A stretch of DNA of 64,000 nt, taken from positions 6,394,861-6,458,860 of the forward strand of contig OY787460.1 in NCBI GenBank assembly GCA_963678815.1. Reading direction: 5' to 3'. The notes below the pieces were generated by a model, which ran no database searches, was not told the origin of the DNA, and was given only the letters and a program-made list of their open reading frames with translations. Below, piece by piece: positions 17,742 through 27,454 of this stretch; the first letter of the stretch is position 1, and each line of letters opens with the position of its first letter. This stretch comes from Victivallales bacterium. Lineage in GTDB: Bacteria; Verrucomicrobiota; Lentisphaeria; Victivallales; G963678815. Both the position numbers and the translations under genes were made by a program.

Positions 17742-18512
17742 TTACGGAACATCCGTATGGATAAAACCCCAGGCACTATCTCTGACTGCCTCAAGATAAG
17801 GTATGCTTTCCACATGATAATCCAGAAACAGAACATTTTCAGCGTTATTGTGGCGAAACGTTGAATCCTGTTCAGGTCTTCCATACATGCCATTGGAACT
17901 GCCTCCAAACAAAATCATCTGGTCACATTCATACAACAACGGCAAATTCGACATATTCTTGCCGCTTCCGGTAATGAGGTCCGGATTGTCTATGAGCATG
18001 ACCGGGGCCCAAAGATCGAGACAGCCAATTACTTGGTTTTGCATATAAGTCCGGTTCTTTATGACGTTGTCGGGCGCGGGAGTGGCAGGACACCAAAAGA
18101 CGGTATTTGGCTTTTCCTGAGTATCATCATTGGCCTCCATACCTATATATGAACATATCTGTGCATCCCAGCAATTGAATGCAGGGGTTTTCGTTGATTT
18201 TGTGTATGCAGGATACCGCCCATTATACTCCTGGGTATACAGCGAGTATGCCAGTCCAAGTTGTTTCATGTTATTAACGCATGTCGATTGCAACGCAACC
18301 TCCCTTGCTTTTTTTAAAGCCGGAAGCAGCATAGCGGCTAATATAGAAATTATCGCTATCACCACAAGTAACTCGATTAAAGTAAACGATATAAACCGGC
18401 GGCAACCCCGGTTTGCCGTTCCAGCAGGCACAACGTTACTCTCTGTCCGTACAAGGCCGGGAACCTTGCGGCCCGAGACCGTTCCGAAATGTTTTTTTCC
18501 ATCACCGTACAT
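17742..18512 (-). CDS. Prepilin-type N-terminal domain protein, DUF1559-like, with 46-aa leader
   Basis: ...[38 protein letters not shown]-terminal [14 protein letters not shown] is a degenerate H-X9-DG (DG replaced by DY). GGAGGA Shine-Dalgarno precedes the ATG at 18512. Confidence 0.85.
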   Translation of the reverse strand: MYGDGKKHFGTVSGRKVPGLVRTESNVVPAGTANRGCRRFISFTLIELLVVIAIISILAAMLLPALKKAREVALQSTCVNNMKQLGLAYSLYTQEYNGRYPAYTKSTKTPAFNCWDAQICSYIGMEANDDTQEKPNTVFWCPATPAPDNVIKNRTYMQNQVIGCLDLWAPVMLIDNPDLITGSGKNMSNLPLLYECDQMILFGGSSNGMYGRPEQDSTFRHNNAENVLFLDYHVESIPYLEAVRDSAWGFIHTDVP

Positions 18513-18585
18513 ACGTCATCCTCCGTTTTGTTTTATTTTATACTTGTGAATATCCGCCGTTTTAGCTTTATTTGAATATGCATAA

Positions 18586-19872
18586 TCAATACTCAAATGA
18601 TTTTATTTTTTCCCTTACGCCGACGCCTTCCAATGCGCCGGGACAAATCTGTTTATTCACGCACATGGCAGCGGCAATGCCTGCTGCCGTTCCGGTAAAC
18701 ATACAGGTGGGTTGCCCTCGCAAGGACGCCAGCGCCCCGCGGTCGGAAGAAATGCACCGTCCCGCTACGAGAATTCCCCTGGTATGCTTTGGAACCAGGC
18801 ACCGGTACGGAATTTCATACCAGTCACCTTCTTCAGGCCGGTTTGCCCGGATATACTCCAACGAATACGGAATGGTTGTACCCGGCGGAGAATCATGAAA
18901 ATCTATCCAGAAGTTGGCTTCAGCAACGCCGTCGTCGAATTTTTTCGCGTTCAGAACGTCCTCCCCGGTTAGAATGTAATGACCGGCAATGCGGCGGGAC
19001 TCCCGGGTTCCCAGCAATTCATGGAAACGTGATATCCGCATATTTTCGTGTCCGGGAAGGTGCTTCCGGCAAAACCTTAACAACCTGATTGCGGCAATTT
19101 GACAGTCAAGCAGAGTGTTGCTTACCTGTTCGGCTTCGGAACAGTCCACCCCTTCGACTTCCCATTGCCTGAATATGGGCTGATCATCCTTGATGGGAAA
19201 CGTTTCGGCGGGAGGGCTGAAAATTCCGTTTGGCACACTTAACTCGCCGCTTTTCCGCCCATCCTTGAATAATTGCCGCAATTTCTCCGCGCCGTATAAT
19301 TTACACAAAGATTGAATATCGACATTCTCAACATCCATCCTGAAATTCACATGCTGCAAGCGTTTATCCTCCGGGTCACCCTTCATGAATTCCGCCCCGG
19401 CATCCACTGCCAATTGCCCGTCAGCGGTGGCGTCGACAACCACGCTGGAACGGATCAGTTTTCTTCCGTTTTTATTGGCGGAATAAATACCTCGCGCCTG
19501 ATTCCCCGATTGATAGACTGATTCCGCAACCGTTCCATAAAGGATTTCACAGCCAAGCTCATGCAGTTTTTCGGCGACAATCGCTTTAAATGCCTCCTGA
19601 TCAAAACGCAACCGTCCCGGTTCATGGAACCGTTGCTTATTTTCAATTACCTCCGCAAAGCCGTCCCTGAGCATGATTTTTTTCAGATAGCTGCCGAAAG
19701 GCCCAAGCCTGGTATCAACCCAGCACGAAACCCGGCAACCGGTCCCCATGCCGCCCAGGGAATTACAGTATTCCACCAATAGCGTTTTCGCGCCACTGTA
19801 CGCGGAAGCCGCGGCTGCCCCGATTCCCGCCGGACCGCCGCCACACACTATGACATCATACTCTTTTGACAT
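18586..19872 (-). CDS. FAD-dependent oxidoreductase (GIDA/FAD_oxidored-like)
   Basis: YDVIVCGGGPAGIGAAAASAYSGAKTLLVE dinucleotide fold, DATADGQLA, and C-terminal GRCISSD...TGTAAGIAAA. I prefer the ATG at 19872 (MSKEYD...), 2 nt after the regulator's stop. Confidence 0.8.
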   Translation of the reverse strand: MSKEYDVIVCGGGPAGIGAAAASAYSGAKTLLVEYCNSLGGMGTGCRVSCWVDTRLGPFGSYLKKIMLRDGFAEVIENKQRFHEPGRLRFDQEAFKAIVAEKLHELGCEILYGTVAESVYQSGNQARGIYSANKNGRKLIRSSVVVDATADGQLAVDAGAEFMKGDPEDKRLQHVNFRMDVENVDIQSLCKLYGAEKLRQLFKDGRKSGELSVPNGIFSPPAETFPIKDDQPIFRQWEVEGVDCSEAEQVSNTLLDCQIAAIRLLRFCRKHLPGHENMRISRFHELLGTRESRRIAGHYILTGEDVLNAKKFDDGVAEANFWIDFHDSPPGTTIPYSLEYIRANRPEEGDWYEIPYRCLVPKHTRGILVAGRCISSDRGALASLRGQPTCMFTGTAAGIAAAMCVNKQICPGALEGVGVREKIKSFEY

Positions 19873-19874
19873 TT

Positions 19875-21257
19875 TTATATCACTTCTTCCCACTTTAAAT
19901 GCTGTTCAAAACTGTCATGGATGCTTGATGTTATGTCCGATTGGAGTTTTTGCGCAAAATCTTCCGGGCTGATCATTTCGGACCACAGCAGAGGAGTCAG
20001 TGCCTGGATCTGATCAAAAATCTCAAATTGGTGCGAATTCCGCATGCTTATTCTGGAATTTGGCAATTCTTTGATAAATTTCCATTTTATTGATTTTTGG
20101 GGAATTACGCTTTTCCTTATGGGAATTCCGCAATTATCCTGTTCCAGTTTCATCTGGTATTCAGCTGAAATTACCGTTTTAATAAAATCCACTGCAAGTT
20201 TTTCATGTTTTGTTTCTTTATTAATGCCAAATCCTGTAGCAAGTAAACCTGAAGGATACTTTCCCGGCCCCGGAACGGGAATGACATCAAAAGGGAAATT
20301 TGCTGAATCGATAAATCGAGGCAGAGTATAGCAACAATCCAAAAGCATTGCGACCTTGCCTTCACAAAAGAGTTTTATGACTTGTGACACCGGAGACGGT
20401 GATATTTTTGCTGAAGTCACATAATCACGGAAAAACTTCAGCGCTTTAACCGTTTCAGGAGAATCCAACTTGCATTTACCATTGTCGTCAAGAATGGAAC
20501 CGCCTTTCTTTGTAATCAAAACCGGCCAGCGGTTTTTATGGTCGCGAAATGCAAAACCGTACTGGTTTATTCCCGGGACGGTCAACTGCTTCGCAAGAAT
20601 GGAAAATTCTTTCCAGCTTAGATTTTTTCCGGGAATGGAAACTCCGCTTTTCCGGTAAATATCCTTGTTGCAAAAAATCATCACTGGAGAGAAAAGACAA
20701 GGAACGGCATACCGCCGGTTATCTCTTACATACGGGGAGTCAGGCAAGCGAATAATATCATCATTAAAAAATGCTGATTCATATTCGGAAATATCCTTTA
20801 ACAATTGATGCTGGAGTAAAGCGTCAAGGGTATTTCCATAGGTTAAAATGACGTCGAACTTTTTATTTTTCGGTCCATTTTCCGTTTCCATTCCAAAGTT
20901 GTATTCAAATTCCCGTAAAGAAAAATAAGTATAATCTACTTTTACCTGAGGGTGGGTTTTCTCAAATAAACCGGTGAGTTTCTCCATATCCATTTTAGGA
21001 TTGTGGGCAAGATATACGGAGAGCTTTGTCCTTTGCGACTCGCTTACATACGTGCCACGGTTCAAATCCCGGAACAATACCCCTTCAGCAACAAGACTCG
21101 ACAGAATTTTATTGATAGTAAGGCGGCTGATATGGTATTTTTCGGATAAAACCCTCTCCGACGGGATTTTATCGCCAGGTTTGTATATTCCGTCCCTGAT
21201 TTGTTTTTTCAGAAATTTGGTGAATTTTTCCGTTGTTGTAACTCGATCAAAACGCAT
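19875..21257 (-). CDS. Transcriptional regulator: GntR-type winged HTH fused to an ABC-type (MalE-like, family 1) solute-binding-protein fold
   Basis: N-terminus IRDGIYKPGDKIPSERVLSEKYHISRLTINKILSSLVAEGVL (GntR HTH). The remaining ~380 aa follow the SBP pattern (YAVPCLFSPVMIFCNKDIYRKSGVSIPGKNLSWKEF...LFCEGKVAML). Confidence 0.8.
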   Translation of the reverse strand: MRFDRVTTTEKFTKFLKKQIRDGIYKPGDKIPSERVLSEKYHISRLTINKILSSLVAEGVLFRDLNRGTYVSESQRTKLSVYLAHNPKMDMEKLTGLFEKTHPQVKVDYTYFSLREFEYNFGMETENGPKNKKFDVILTYGNTLDALLQHQLLKDISEYESAFFNDDIIRLPDSPYVRDNRRYAVPCLFSPVMIFCNKDIYRKSGVSIPGKNLSWKEFSILAKQLTVPGINQYGFAFRDHKNRWPVLITKKGGSILDDNGKCKLDSPETVKALKFFRDYVTSAKISPSPVSQVIKLFCEGKVAMLLDCCYTLPRFIDSANFPFDVIPVPGPGKYPSGLLATGFGINKETKHEKLAVDFIKTVISAEYQMKLEQDNCGIPIRKSVIPQKSIKWKFIKELPNSRISMRNSHQFEIFDQIQALTPLLWSEMISPEDFAQKLQSDITSSIHDSFEQHLKWEEVI

Positions 21258-21288
21258 CTTATTATTCCTATGGCTATTCCTGGATTAT

Positions 21289-21330
21289 TGGTTTAACCAT
21301 CATTATATCTTATATCCCGGAAATTGTCAA
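21289..21330 (-). promoter_or_regulatory. Promoter-operator cassette 1 upstream of the GntR-SBP regulator
   Basis: Minus strand reads TATTGACAATT (-35 TTGACA = 21330-21325), 17 nt, TATAAT (21307-21302), then GATGGTTAAACCAATAATCC (palindrome TGGTT-N-AACCA, 21289-21299). Confidence 0.6.
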
Positions 21331-21402
21331 TAGCTTAATATTTATCCATAACCCCGCAACTGAAATGGAATATATTTACAGTTCAGCCCTTTTTTGGATT
21401 AA

Positions 21403-21444
21403 TGGTTTAACCACTATTGTAACCTGAAAACATTAAATTGTCAA
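21403..21444 (-). promoter_or_regulatory. Promoter-operator cassette 2 (tandem duplicate, 114 bp upstream of cassette 1)
   Basis: Minus strand reads TATTGACAATT (21444-21439), 17 nt, TACAAT (21421-21416), then AGTGGTTAAACCATTAATCC (21403-21413). Confidence 0.55.
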
Positions 21445-21521
21445 TAGCTTTCGTAAAATTTTGCCAGGAAAATATATTTATTTCATCTTATACCGGTTTA
21501 CGATCTAAAAGCAATTCGGTA

Positions 21522-23009
21522 TTACTCATACCAGACAGGGCTGATCCATGCGGTTTGACCATCAGTCTGGACGGCCCTGGCATATATAAATCCCTTTTCC
21601 TCCGATGGCTTGAACAATCCATCATACGTGAATCTGAATTCTCTTTCGGGAATTGCGCGATGGATTTTTACCGCCGGGGAACAAAAACCTGAAACAGCCT
21701 GTCCGATAGAGCCTTTTATAAGCTCACTTACATTTTCTTTCATCCGGACATTGTCAACTTGCAATTCAAGTTCAGTGCGATGCGTTGCTTCAAGTTCCAG
21801 AACCACTGCCTGAGTTCCGCCGGCCGCGAAATGAGTTCCGCCGATAAGTCCCGCGGGATTGGGCTTTGTCCGGCACTGCCAATGGATCCGGCTTTTTTCC
21901 ACATGCAGCTTTTCACTTGACTGTTCTTCACTCATATCATAAGAACTGAATCGATAATAAGGCGTAACATCAATCAAGTTTCCATTTTTCACATTTATAT
22001 CAAAATCCCAATCCTTGATAATTCCCTTGCTTCCCCAACCGCATTCGATTTTTATCTTATATTTTCCCGGCACAAATTCCGTTGATATTATTTTCGTAGG
22101 TAATCCGTGAACTTTGCAATTATCCCCGGATCCTTCAATTAATTCAACCCTTTCCAGTGGCGCCGTTCCAGTCAATTCAATCATTAAATTCATTTCAGGT
22201 TCCGAGCAAACCGTTTCTCCAATAAAACAATCATTCAGATAAAACCTAGCATCAAAACGTGCCCCGGTGGAAGCAATAGTACGCCGGTTCCACATGCCAT
22301 CCCAGATATGTTTTCTATCGAGTTTATCAGCAATTACGCCAAAACGTCCATGCCCGTAATGTCCGGGATATCCGTCATGGGTGTCAGTTGATGCATAAAA
22401 ACCGAATTTATTGCCCCTTAAAAGCCCAGACCTGACTGAAGTTGCCTTTACCCTTGGTCCCATTGTATGGTAATAATCGTAATATGAATCATCGCTTTCA
22501 CCGCAGCCGTGATTGGAAAATATTTCTACCAAAGGAGATACTTTATTATTGAATTTTTTCCAGCTTGTTCCGCGGAAACCTTGAAGATACGAACAGTGAT
22601 GCGGAAGCAGCATCGGGCATGATTTTTCAGTTCTTTTGATTAATTCCGGCAATGTCGGGGCATCCAGGAGGGGAAGACTGCCGGATGCGGAATAAACATT
22701 ATAATCGCCATACTCCATGGAGTGCCATTCGTAACTCGGAAACGTAACAAATGATCCCGCCTTATCAGCATCATTTATATCATTTAAAAGGTCTTCCCAG
22801 AAATGCTTTAATTTTTCGAATCCTCCAAAATGAGTAATAAGTACTTCATTCTGGGTTTTGATGTCCATAGGCATGTCCGGCCAGAAAGCGTGTCCGGTAA
22901 TACTGCAGAAATCAAGGTGCGGCCTGGCGTTGTCAAGCGCTCGTTTCGGGGTCCCGAACCCGTAACTTACGGCACAATGACTGTGGATGTCCCCCCAATA
23001 AGTATTCAT
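21522..23009 (-). CDS. PHP-superfamily metal-dependent hydrolase-like protein (DUF3604 / CehA-McbA-like), cytoplasmic
   Basis: MNTYWGDIHSHCAVSYGFG...CSITGHAF (His-rich PHP-type N-terminus), a C-terminal beta-sandwich, and the terminal motif QTAWISPVWYE. The ATG overlaps the upstream stop (ATGA at 23006-23009). Confidence 0.6.
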   Translation of the reverse strand: MNTYWGDIHSHCAVSYGFGTPKRALDNARPHLDFCSITGHAFWPDMPMDIKTQNEVLITHFGGFEKLKHFWEDLLNDINDADKAGSFVTFPSYEWHSMEYGDYNVYSASGSLPLLDAPTLPELIKRTEKSCPMLLPHHCSYLQGFRGTSWKKFNNKVSPLVEIFSNHGCGESDDSYYDYYHTMGPRVKATSVRSGLLRGNKFGFYASTDTHDGYPGHYGHGRFGVIADKLDRKHIWDGMWNRRTIASTGARFDARFYLNDCFIGETVCSEPEMNLMIELTGTAPLERVELIEGSGDNCKVHGLPTKIISTEFVPGKYKIKIECGWGSKGIIKDWDFDINVKNGNLIDVTPYYRFSSYDMSEEQSSEKLHVEKSRIHWQCRTKPNPAGLIGGTHFAAGGTQAVVLELEATHRTELELQVDNVRMKENVSELIKGSIGQAVSGFCSPAVKIHRAIPEREFRFTYDGLFKPSEEKGFIYARAVQTDGQTAWISPVWYE

Positions 23010-24232
23010 ATTTTATACACCTTGCCGGTTTCGCATGATTCCGTGGCAAGAAACGACATTTTTGAAGCAAGGTAACCGTCGTAAACATCCGCCGGTGGCT
23101 TACTTCCCTTATTGGCGAAATCATCAATGGTTTTAACAATTACAAGGTCAGCGCCGCAATGTCCCACGGTTTCATGATTCTCATCCCTGGCGTCAATTAC
23201 CATGTTTTCCTTGCCGAAATTATAATCCACTTTTATGGTTCCGGAATGTCTTTCCAGCAGAAGTTTTCCGGAATCACCAACCACTTCCAAAGTTTCCTGA
23301 TCATGGGTTCTATAGCCGAAAATCGACAGGAAAAGCTGGGCTTTAACTCCGGTCTCATAACCGACATTTACAATTGCATGATCCACGGTATCAATCTCCG
23401 GTGAATAAACGCATTTGTCTTTTGCCAGAAGTACATCCTCTGAATCGACAGCGGTATTAAAACGGACCGGCCGCGGATGATTTTTTTGTTTTTCCAGTTC
23501 CTCTTTATATGAAAACCGGTAGTTGCAGTCCCGGTTACAGTCTTTACACCATTTCGGATAATTTTCCTTTGGCGTGTAAACAATTCTGTTCCCCATTGCC
23601 GATATCATTTCCGGCTTTGCTCCGGCAAACCAGTTAAGGACATCGAAATGATGAGCGCATTTTTCATTAAGTACGCCACCGGAATATTCCTTTTGGCTGA
23701 ACCATTTATGAAAGTAGGAATCGAATGGAATAATTGATCTGAGCAGGATCATTTTAACATTTCCGATCCGCCCTGAATCAATAACTTCCTTTGCCCGCCT
23801 CCAGGAATTTTCATAACGCCGGGTAAATCCTATCATCGCATTTTTTCCGCCGAGCTCATTCCACGCATTGTACATATTTTCAATTGATTCCATGGAATGC
23901 GCCAGAGGTTTTTCACAAAATACCAGCTTATCTTTGTCAAGGGCATACTTGAACGGTTCCTCATGGAAATACTGCGGAGCGGTAATCATGATAAGATCAA
24001 GATCACCGTTATCAATAAGTTCCTTGTAATCCGCGTACAATTTGATATCCAGATTCTTATCATCCTGGGCGGTAATGTTTTCCAGGGCTTCTTCAGTTTC
24101 CTTCATCCGCTTCGGGTATTTGTCGCATAGTGCTGTAATCCGCAACTTGCAGCCCGATTTGATTATATTAGCTCCGAGTGAAAACGCCCTGGAACCAGCT
24201 CCGATTATTCCGATATTTTTTTTGATTTTCAT
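23006..24232 (-). CDS. Gfo/Idh/MocA family oxidoreductase
   Basis: MKIKKNIGIIGAGSRAFSLGANI Rossmann motif and VFCEKPLA motif. I prefer the ATG at 24232 (GGGGAGG 8 nt upstream) over the track start at 24283. Confidence 0.85.
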   Translation of the reverse strand: MKIKKNIGIIGAGSRAFSLGANIIKSGCKLRITALCDKYPKRMKETEEALENITAQDDKNLDIKLYADYKELIDNGDLDLIMITAPQYFHEEPFKYALDKDKLVFCEKPLAHSMESIENMYNAWNELGGKNAMIGFTRRYENSWRRAKEVIDSGRIGNVKMILLRSIIPFDSYFHKWFSQKEYSGGVLNEKCAHHFDVLNWFAGAKPEMISAMGNRIVYTPKENYPKWCKDCNRDCNYRFSYKEELEKQKNHPRPVRFNTAVDSEDVLLAKDKCVYSPEIDTVDHAIVNVGYETGVKAQLFLSIFGYRTHDQETLEVVGDSGKLLLERHSGTIKVDYNFGKENMVIDARDENHETVGHCGADLVIVKTIDDFANKGSKPPADVYDGYLASKMSFLATESCETGKVYKI

Positions 24233-24257
24233 ATAAAACCTCCCCTGACAGTAAAAT

Positions 24258-25370
24258 TTAATCCGCTTCCTCTTTATGAACATTGTCGGCTCCGGGACGC
24301 CACTTGCAATGAACCCGGCCTTTGAAATCTAGCCCCGCTTCAAGCAGTTCGTCTATCCGGTGTTCAGGGATACCGATCAGATTTATTCCTCTGTTTACGG
24401 TATGCTCCAGAATTTTACGCATATCGTTATACGCCGGCTGTGACATATCAACAGTATAGAGTTTTTCAATATCTGTTGCCTGGTCTATGTAATGGTCTCC
24501 TTTCCCGCAAAAGTGCATCATTCCGCCACCGAGCTGATCGTATATTTCCGAGTCGTACGGTCTGCCGAATTCGCGATACATTTCCGGGGAAAGATTCATC
24601 GCCGAATCATTCCTGATGATCACCGTTCCCCGATAAAGCGTTCCCCAGTAAATACCATAACCATCTCTTTTTACCGGAAATATCTCATGCCATTTTTTTA
24701 TGAATTTAATATAAGTTTGAGTAATAAGCGCAAGAAAATCCTTTATCAGTTCCGGTTGGTCGAACAAGTCCAGGAAAAACCCGCTTCCCCATAAAAGTTC
24801 ACATACGTCCAGCGGTCCCTGTAAATCAGGATGATAGATGCGGGTATTTTTTTTTACCTTCGGATATTTCTCAAGCTTTTCCCTGATATAACCACCCGTA
24901 TCGAAAACACGCCCGCCAAGCCCGGAGTTAAGGTCAGGAACCCCGGCGTCAAGCATTTTTTTCGCGGAATCACCCGGGTTATCGGACGGCAGGGAAATCG
25001 GCATGGTGTTCAGTTCTTCATCCATGTAAAAAATTTCCGCGCCAAAAAGCGACGGCAGGATTGCGGTTCCGTAATTTGCCCCCGCGCAAAGAATGAATCC
25101 ATCGCCTTCCCGAAGATGCTTAAGGCAAGTACAAAATTCATTAACCGTCATGGTTTCAATATCAGCAAGGGTTTGGTTTATCGATATTCGCGGAATTTCA
25201 AATTTAATATCTTTTGCTTTTTCGCGCCGTGAAGGTCTGAAAACGTCTCCTGTGAATTTGCCCTCATGGAATCCGACCCACTCGGAATACAGTTTTTCTT
25301 CCGTTTCCGGAGCAATAAGACGTTCGAGTTCTTCCAAGCAAACCGATGAAGTTTTCACAGTATTTCTCAA
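24258..25370 (-). CDS. Uroporphyrinogen-decarboxylase (URO-D)/MtaA-like TIM-barrel family protein
   Basis: Family-typical C-terminal half: RNDSAMNLSPEMYREFGRPYDSEIYDQLGGGMMHFCGKGDHYI. The N-terminal part is divergent. The annotated start is a TTG, so the start is uncertain. Confidence 0.7.
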   Translation of the reverse strand: MRNTVKTSSVCLEELERLIAPETEEKLYSEWVGFHEGKFTGDVFRPSRREKAKDIKFEIPRISINQTLADIETMTVNEFCTCLKHLREGDGFILCAGANYGTAILPSLFGAEIFYMDEELNTMPISLPSDNPGDSAKKMLDAGVPDLNSGLGGRVFDTGGYIREKLEKYPKVKKNTRIYHPDLQGPLDVCELLWGSGFFLDLFDQPELIKDFLALITQTYIKFIKKWHEIFPVKRDGYGIYWGTLYRGTVIIRNDSAMNLSPEMYREFGRPYDSEIYDQLGGGMMHFCGKGDHYIDQATDIEKLYTVDMSQPAYNDMRKILEHTVNRGINLIGIPEHRIDELLEAGLDFKGRVHCKWRPGADNVHKEEAD

Positions 25371-25408
25371 GTTTTTATCATTTCGTAACAGGAATTACCA
25401 TGACTAAT

Positions 25409-27439
25409 CTAATCGATCCATACCGGACTTGCCCAGGCAATGTGTTTATCCTTCTGGATTACTCTTATATAATAAAAAGTGAACGGCTTTTCACAATATT
25501 TCACGGGAGGCAAATTGATATCTTCCAGCTCTTGATGGTCCGTCCATTCAAGCGAAAAGTCTTTCTCCAGGTTATTAAATGTTTTTACCGATTCGCCATT
25601 TCTAATGATATCAACTTTGCTAACATCTGAAGTGCCGTTGTAATCAATTGAAATTCGTCTTTTCCGGCTAACTTCCGGGAACTGACGCGAATTGATTTCC
25701 GTCCCCATTAGAAACTCATTTAATTTATAGTCAAGAATTACACGCGGCCCGGTTGTCGCCACTACCCGGCGGTTCCACATTCCTTCCCATAAGGATTTTT
25801 TTGTCAATTCTTTAGCAAATACACACATCATTCCGGCGCTCCTCTCCCTCTTCTCCATTCCCACTTTGTATGAGTGTTCATCCCCGCCGGAAGTAAATCC
25901 AACCCGCCAGCCCATTTTCAAAGCCTCACTTACATAGCCGGCCGGATTCGGGTTATACGGCGGTATGGTATTGCCTTCTTCTTCGGGACATTCCTGGCTG
26001 CCCCGGGTTTGGAATATTTCGACAAGACGTTCATGTTCAGGATCATGGTCAAGCCAATTACAGAAACTTCCGGAACATGTGGTATGATGAGGAATAATAA
26101 TGCATTTTTCATTCGCGACTGCTTTAAAAAGGTCATTAGGCCAGGGATAATGACCAAAGTCAGAACGGTACATCGGCCGGCCATTTTCAAGGTAGTATAC
26201 GTTGCGGTCTCCCTCTCCCTCCTTTCTCCATTTGGCGAATTCATAGCCAAGAAAAGTCACGAAATGCCCCGGTGAATTATATTTTCTCACACGTTCACAA
26301 GTGTGCCGCCAGAATTCATCGGAAGTTTCGGCAAGATGATCATGGTCTCCCGGAGCCCCGAAATCCATTCCGCAAACGTCCCGAAACTGCCGGAAATAAT
26401 GATCCATCGTACAGCTTCCATCCGAAATCTCGCTGTGACCGTGAATCATGCCCCAATAGGGAACAAGCGCGCTTTTTTCTGACACAATACGAATGGGGTT
26501 GGTATTCGTTGCCAAATTGTGATTTTTATCCTTGATAATGATTCTGTGGATGCCGGGTTCAGACAATGTAACAGTGATTTTTACTGTTGGCGTATTTTTT
26601 ACATTTCCTATCTTTGCATTAAGTTTGTGTTCCTCCAGCCACACCTCGAGATTCCGCAGGCCGGACATGGAAAGATTATCAAACTGGTCCTGTGGGGTAA
26701 CAGTGATTTCAAATGGTTTGCCCGCAATGGATTCCGATGGAGAATAAGCGCACAAACGTTCGACTTTACCGCCAAGAATATGTATCAATGCATAGTCAAG
26801 AATCTGGCCGTGATTTGCTTTAGTCCAGTATACCCCCTCCAGAGGTTTTTCCGCCACCTTACTGCCCCAGTCTTTTTCCCAACCGATATCGTTTTCAAAC
26901 TTATCGTCAGACACATAAAGCACAAAAAACTTGTTTAATCTCCAAAGATTACCGGGATCCGCACCCTTTTCCGTTTCACCGCGATCACCCATGACAAAAG
27001 TAAGAACAGCCCCCTTTTCAAGCGTATTGTCACCCGGATCAATCTCGAAAGTTCCTTTATTCACTTTTTGTCCGGGGAGGTCCAGCTCCGTTAATTTTAG
27101 CGGCGTGGATTCTTTTCCCTGCAAATAGCAGCTAATGTAATTGTCTTCGGATGGATTGTCTGACTGAAGAGAATTAAATCCAACTTTGTTGTTGCGGCCG
27201 CCCGAAGCTTGTAAGCGCAATTTTTCTTGCTTCCCGATACTCCTTGGCAGGATAAATGTTAATTTCCAGGAACCCTTTGTGCCGGCTATTGCATAGGGAG
27301 GATCGGCAAGGTTCATTCTGATGTTGCCGGGAAGTCTTAACGGAATGGAAAATTCGGGGATACACATCCCTGCGTCATCACATTTTTTTTGTGAACTATC
27401 ACTGCATAAATTTTTCTCAGTCATTTTTTTTCCTATCAT
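25409..27439 (-). CDS. PHP-superfamily metal-dependent hydrolase-like protein (DUF3604/CehA-McbA-like) with ~320-aa N-terminal beta-sandwich extension
   Basis: VPYWGMIHGHSEISDGSCTMDHYF...FGAPGDHDH...IIPHHT, and the terminal motif KHIAWASPVWID matches the 21522-23009 paralog. No signal peptide. Confidence 0.6.
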   Translation of the reverse strand: MIGKKMTEKNLCSDSSQKKCDDAGMCIPEFSIPLRLPGNIRMNLADPPYAIAGTKGSWKLTFILPRSIGKQEKLRLQASGGRNNKVGFNSLQSDNPSEDNYISCYLQGKESTPLKLTELDLPGQKVNKGTFEIDPGDNTLEKGAVLTFVMGDRGETEKGADPGNLWRLNKFFVLYVSDDKFENDIGWEKDWGSKVAEKPLEGVYWTKANHGQILDYALIHILGGKVERLCAYSPSESIAGKPFEITVTPQDQFDNLSMSGLRNLEVWLEEHKLNAKIGNVKNTPTVKITVTLSEPGIHRIIIKDKNHNLATNTNPIRIVSEKSALVPYWGMIHGHSEISDGSCTMDHYFRQFRDVCGMDFGAPGDHDHLAETSDEFWRHTCERVRKYNSPGHFVTFLGYEFAKWRKEGEGDRNVYYLENGRPMYRSDFGHYPWPNDLFKAVANEKCIIIPHHTTCSGSFCNWLDHDPEHERLVEIFQTRGSQECPEEEGNTIPPYNPNPAGYVSEALKMGWRVGFTSGGDEHSYKVGMEKRERSAGMMCVFAKELTKKSLWEGMWNRRVVATTGPRVILDYKLNEFLMGTEINSRQFPEVSRKRRISIDYNGTSDVSKVDIIRNGESVKTFNNLEKDFSLEWTDHQELEDINLPPVKYCEKPFTFYYIRVIQKDKHIAWASPVWID

Positions 27440-27454
27440 TAACGGGGATTCTTA

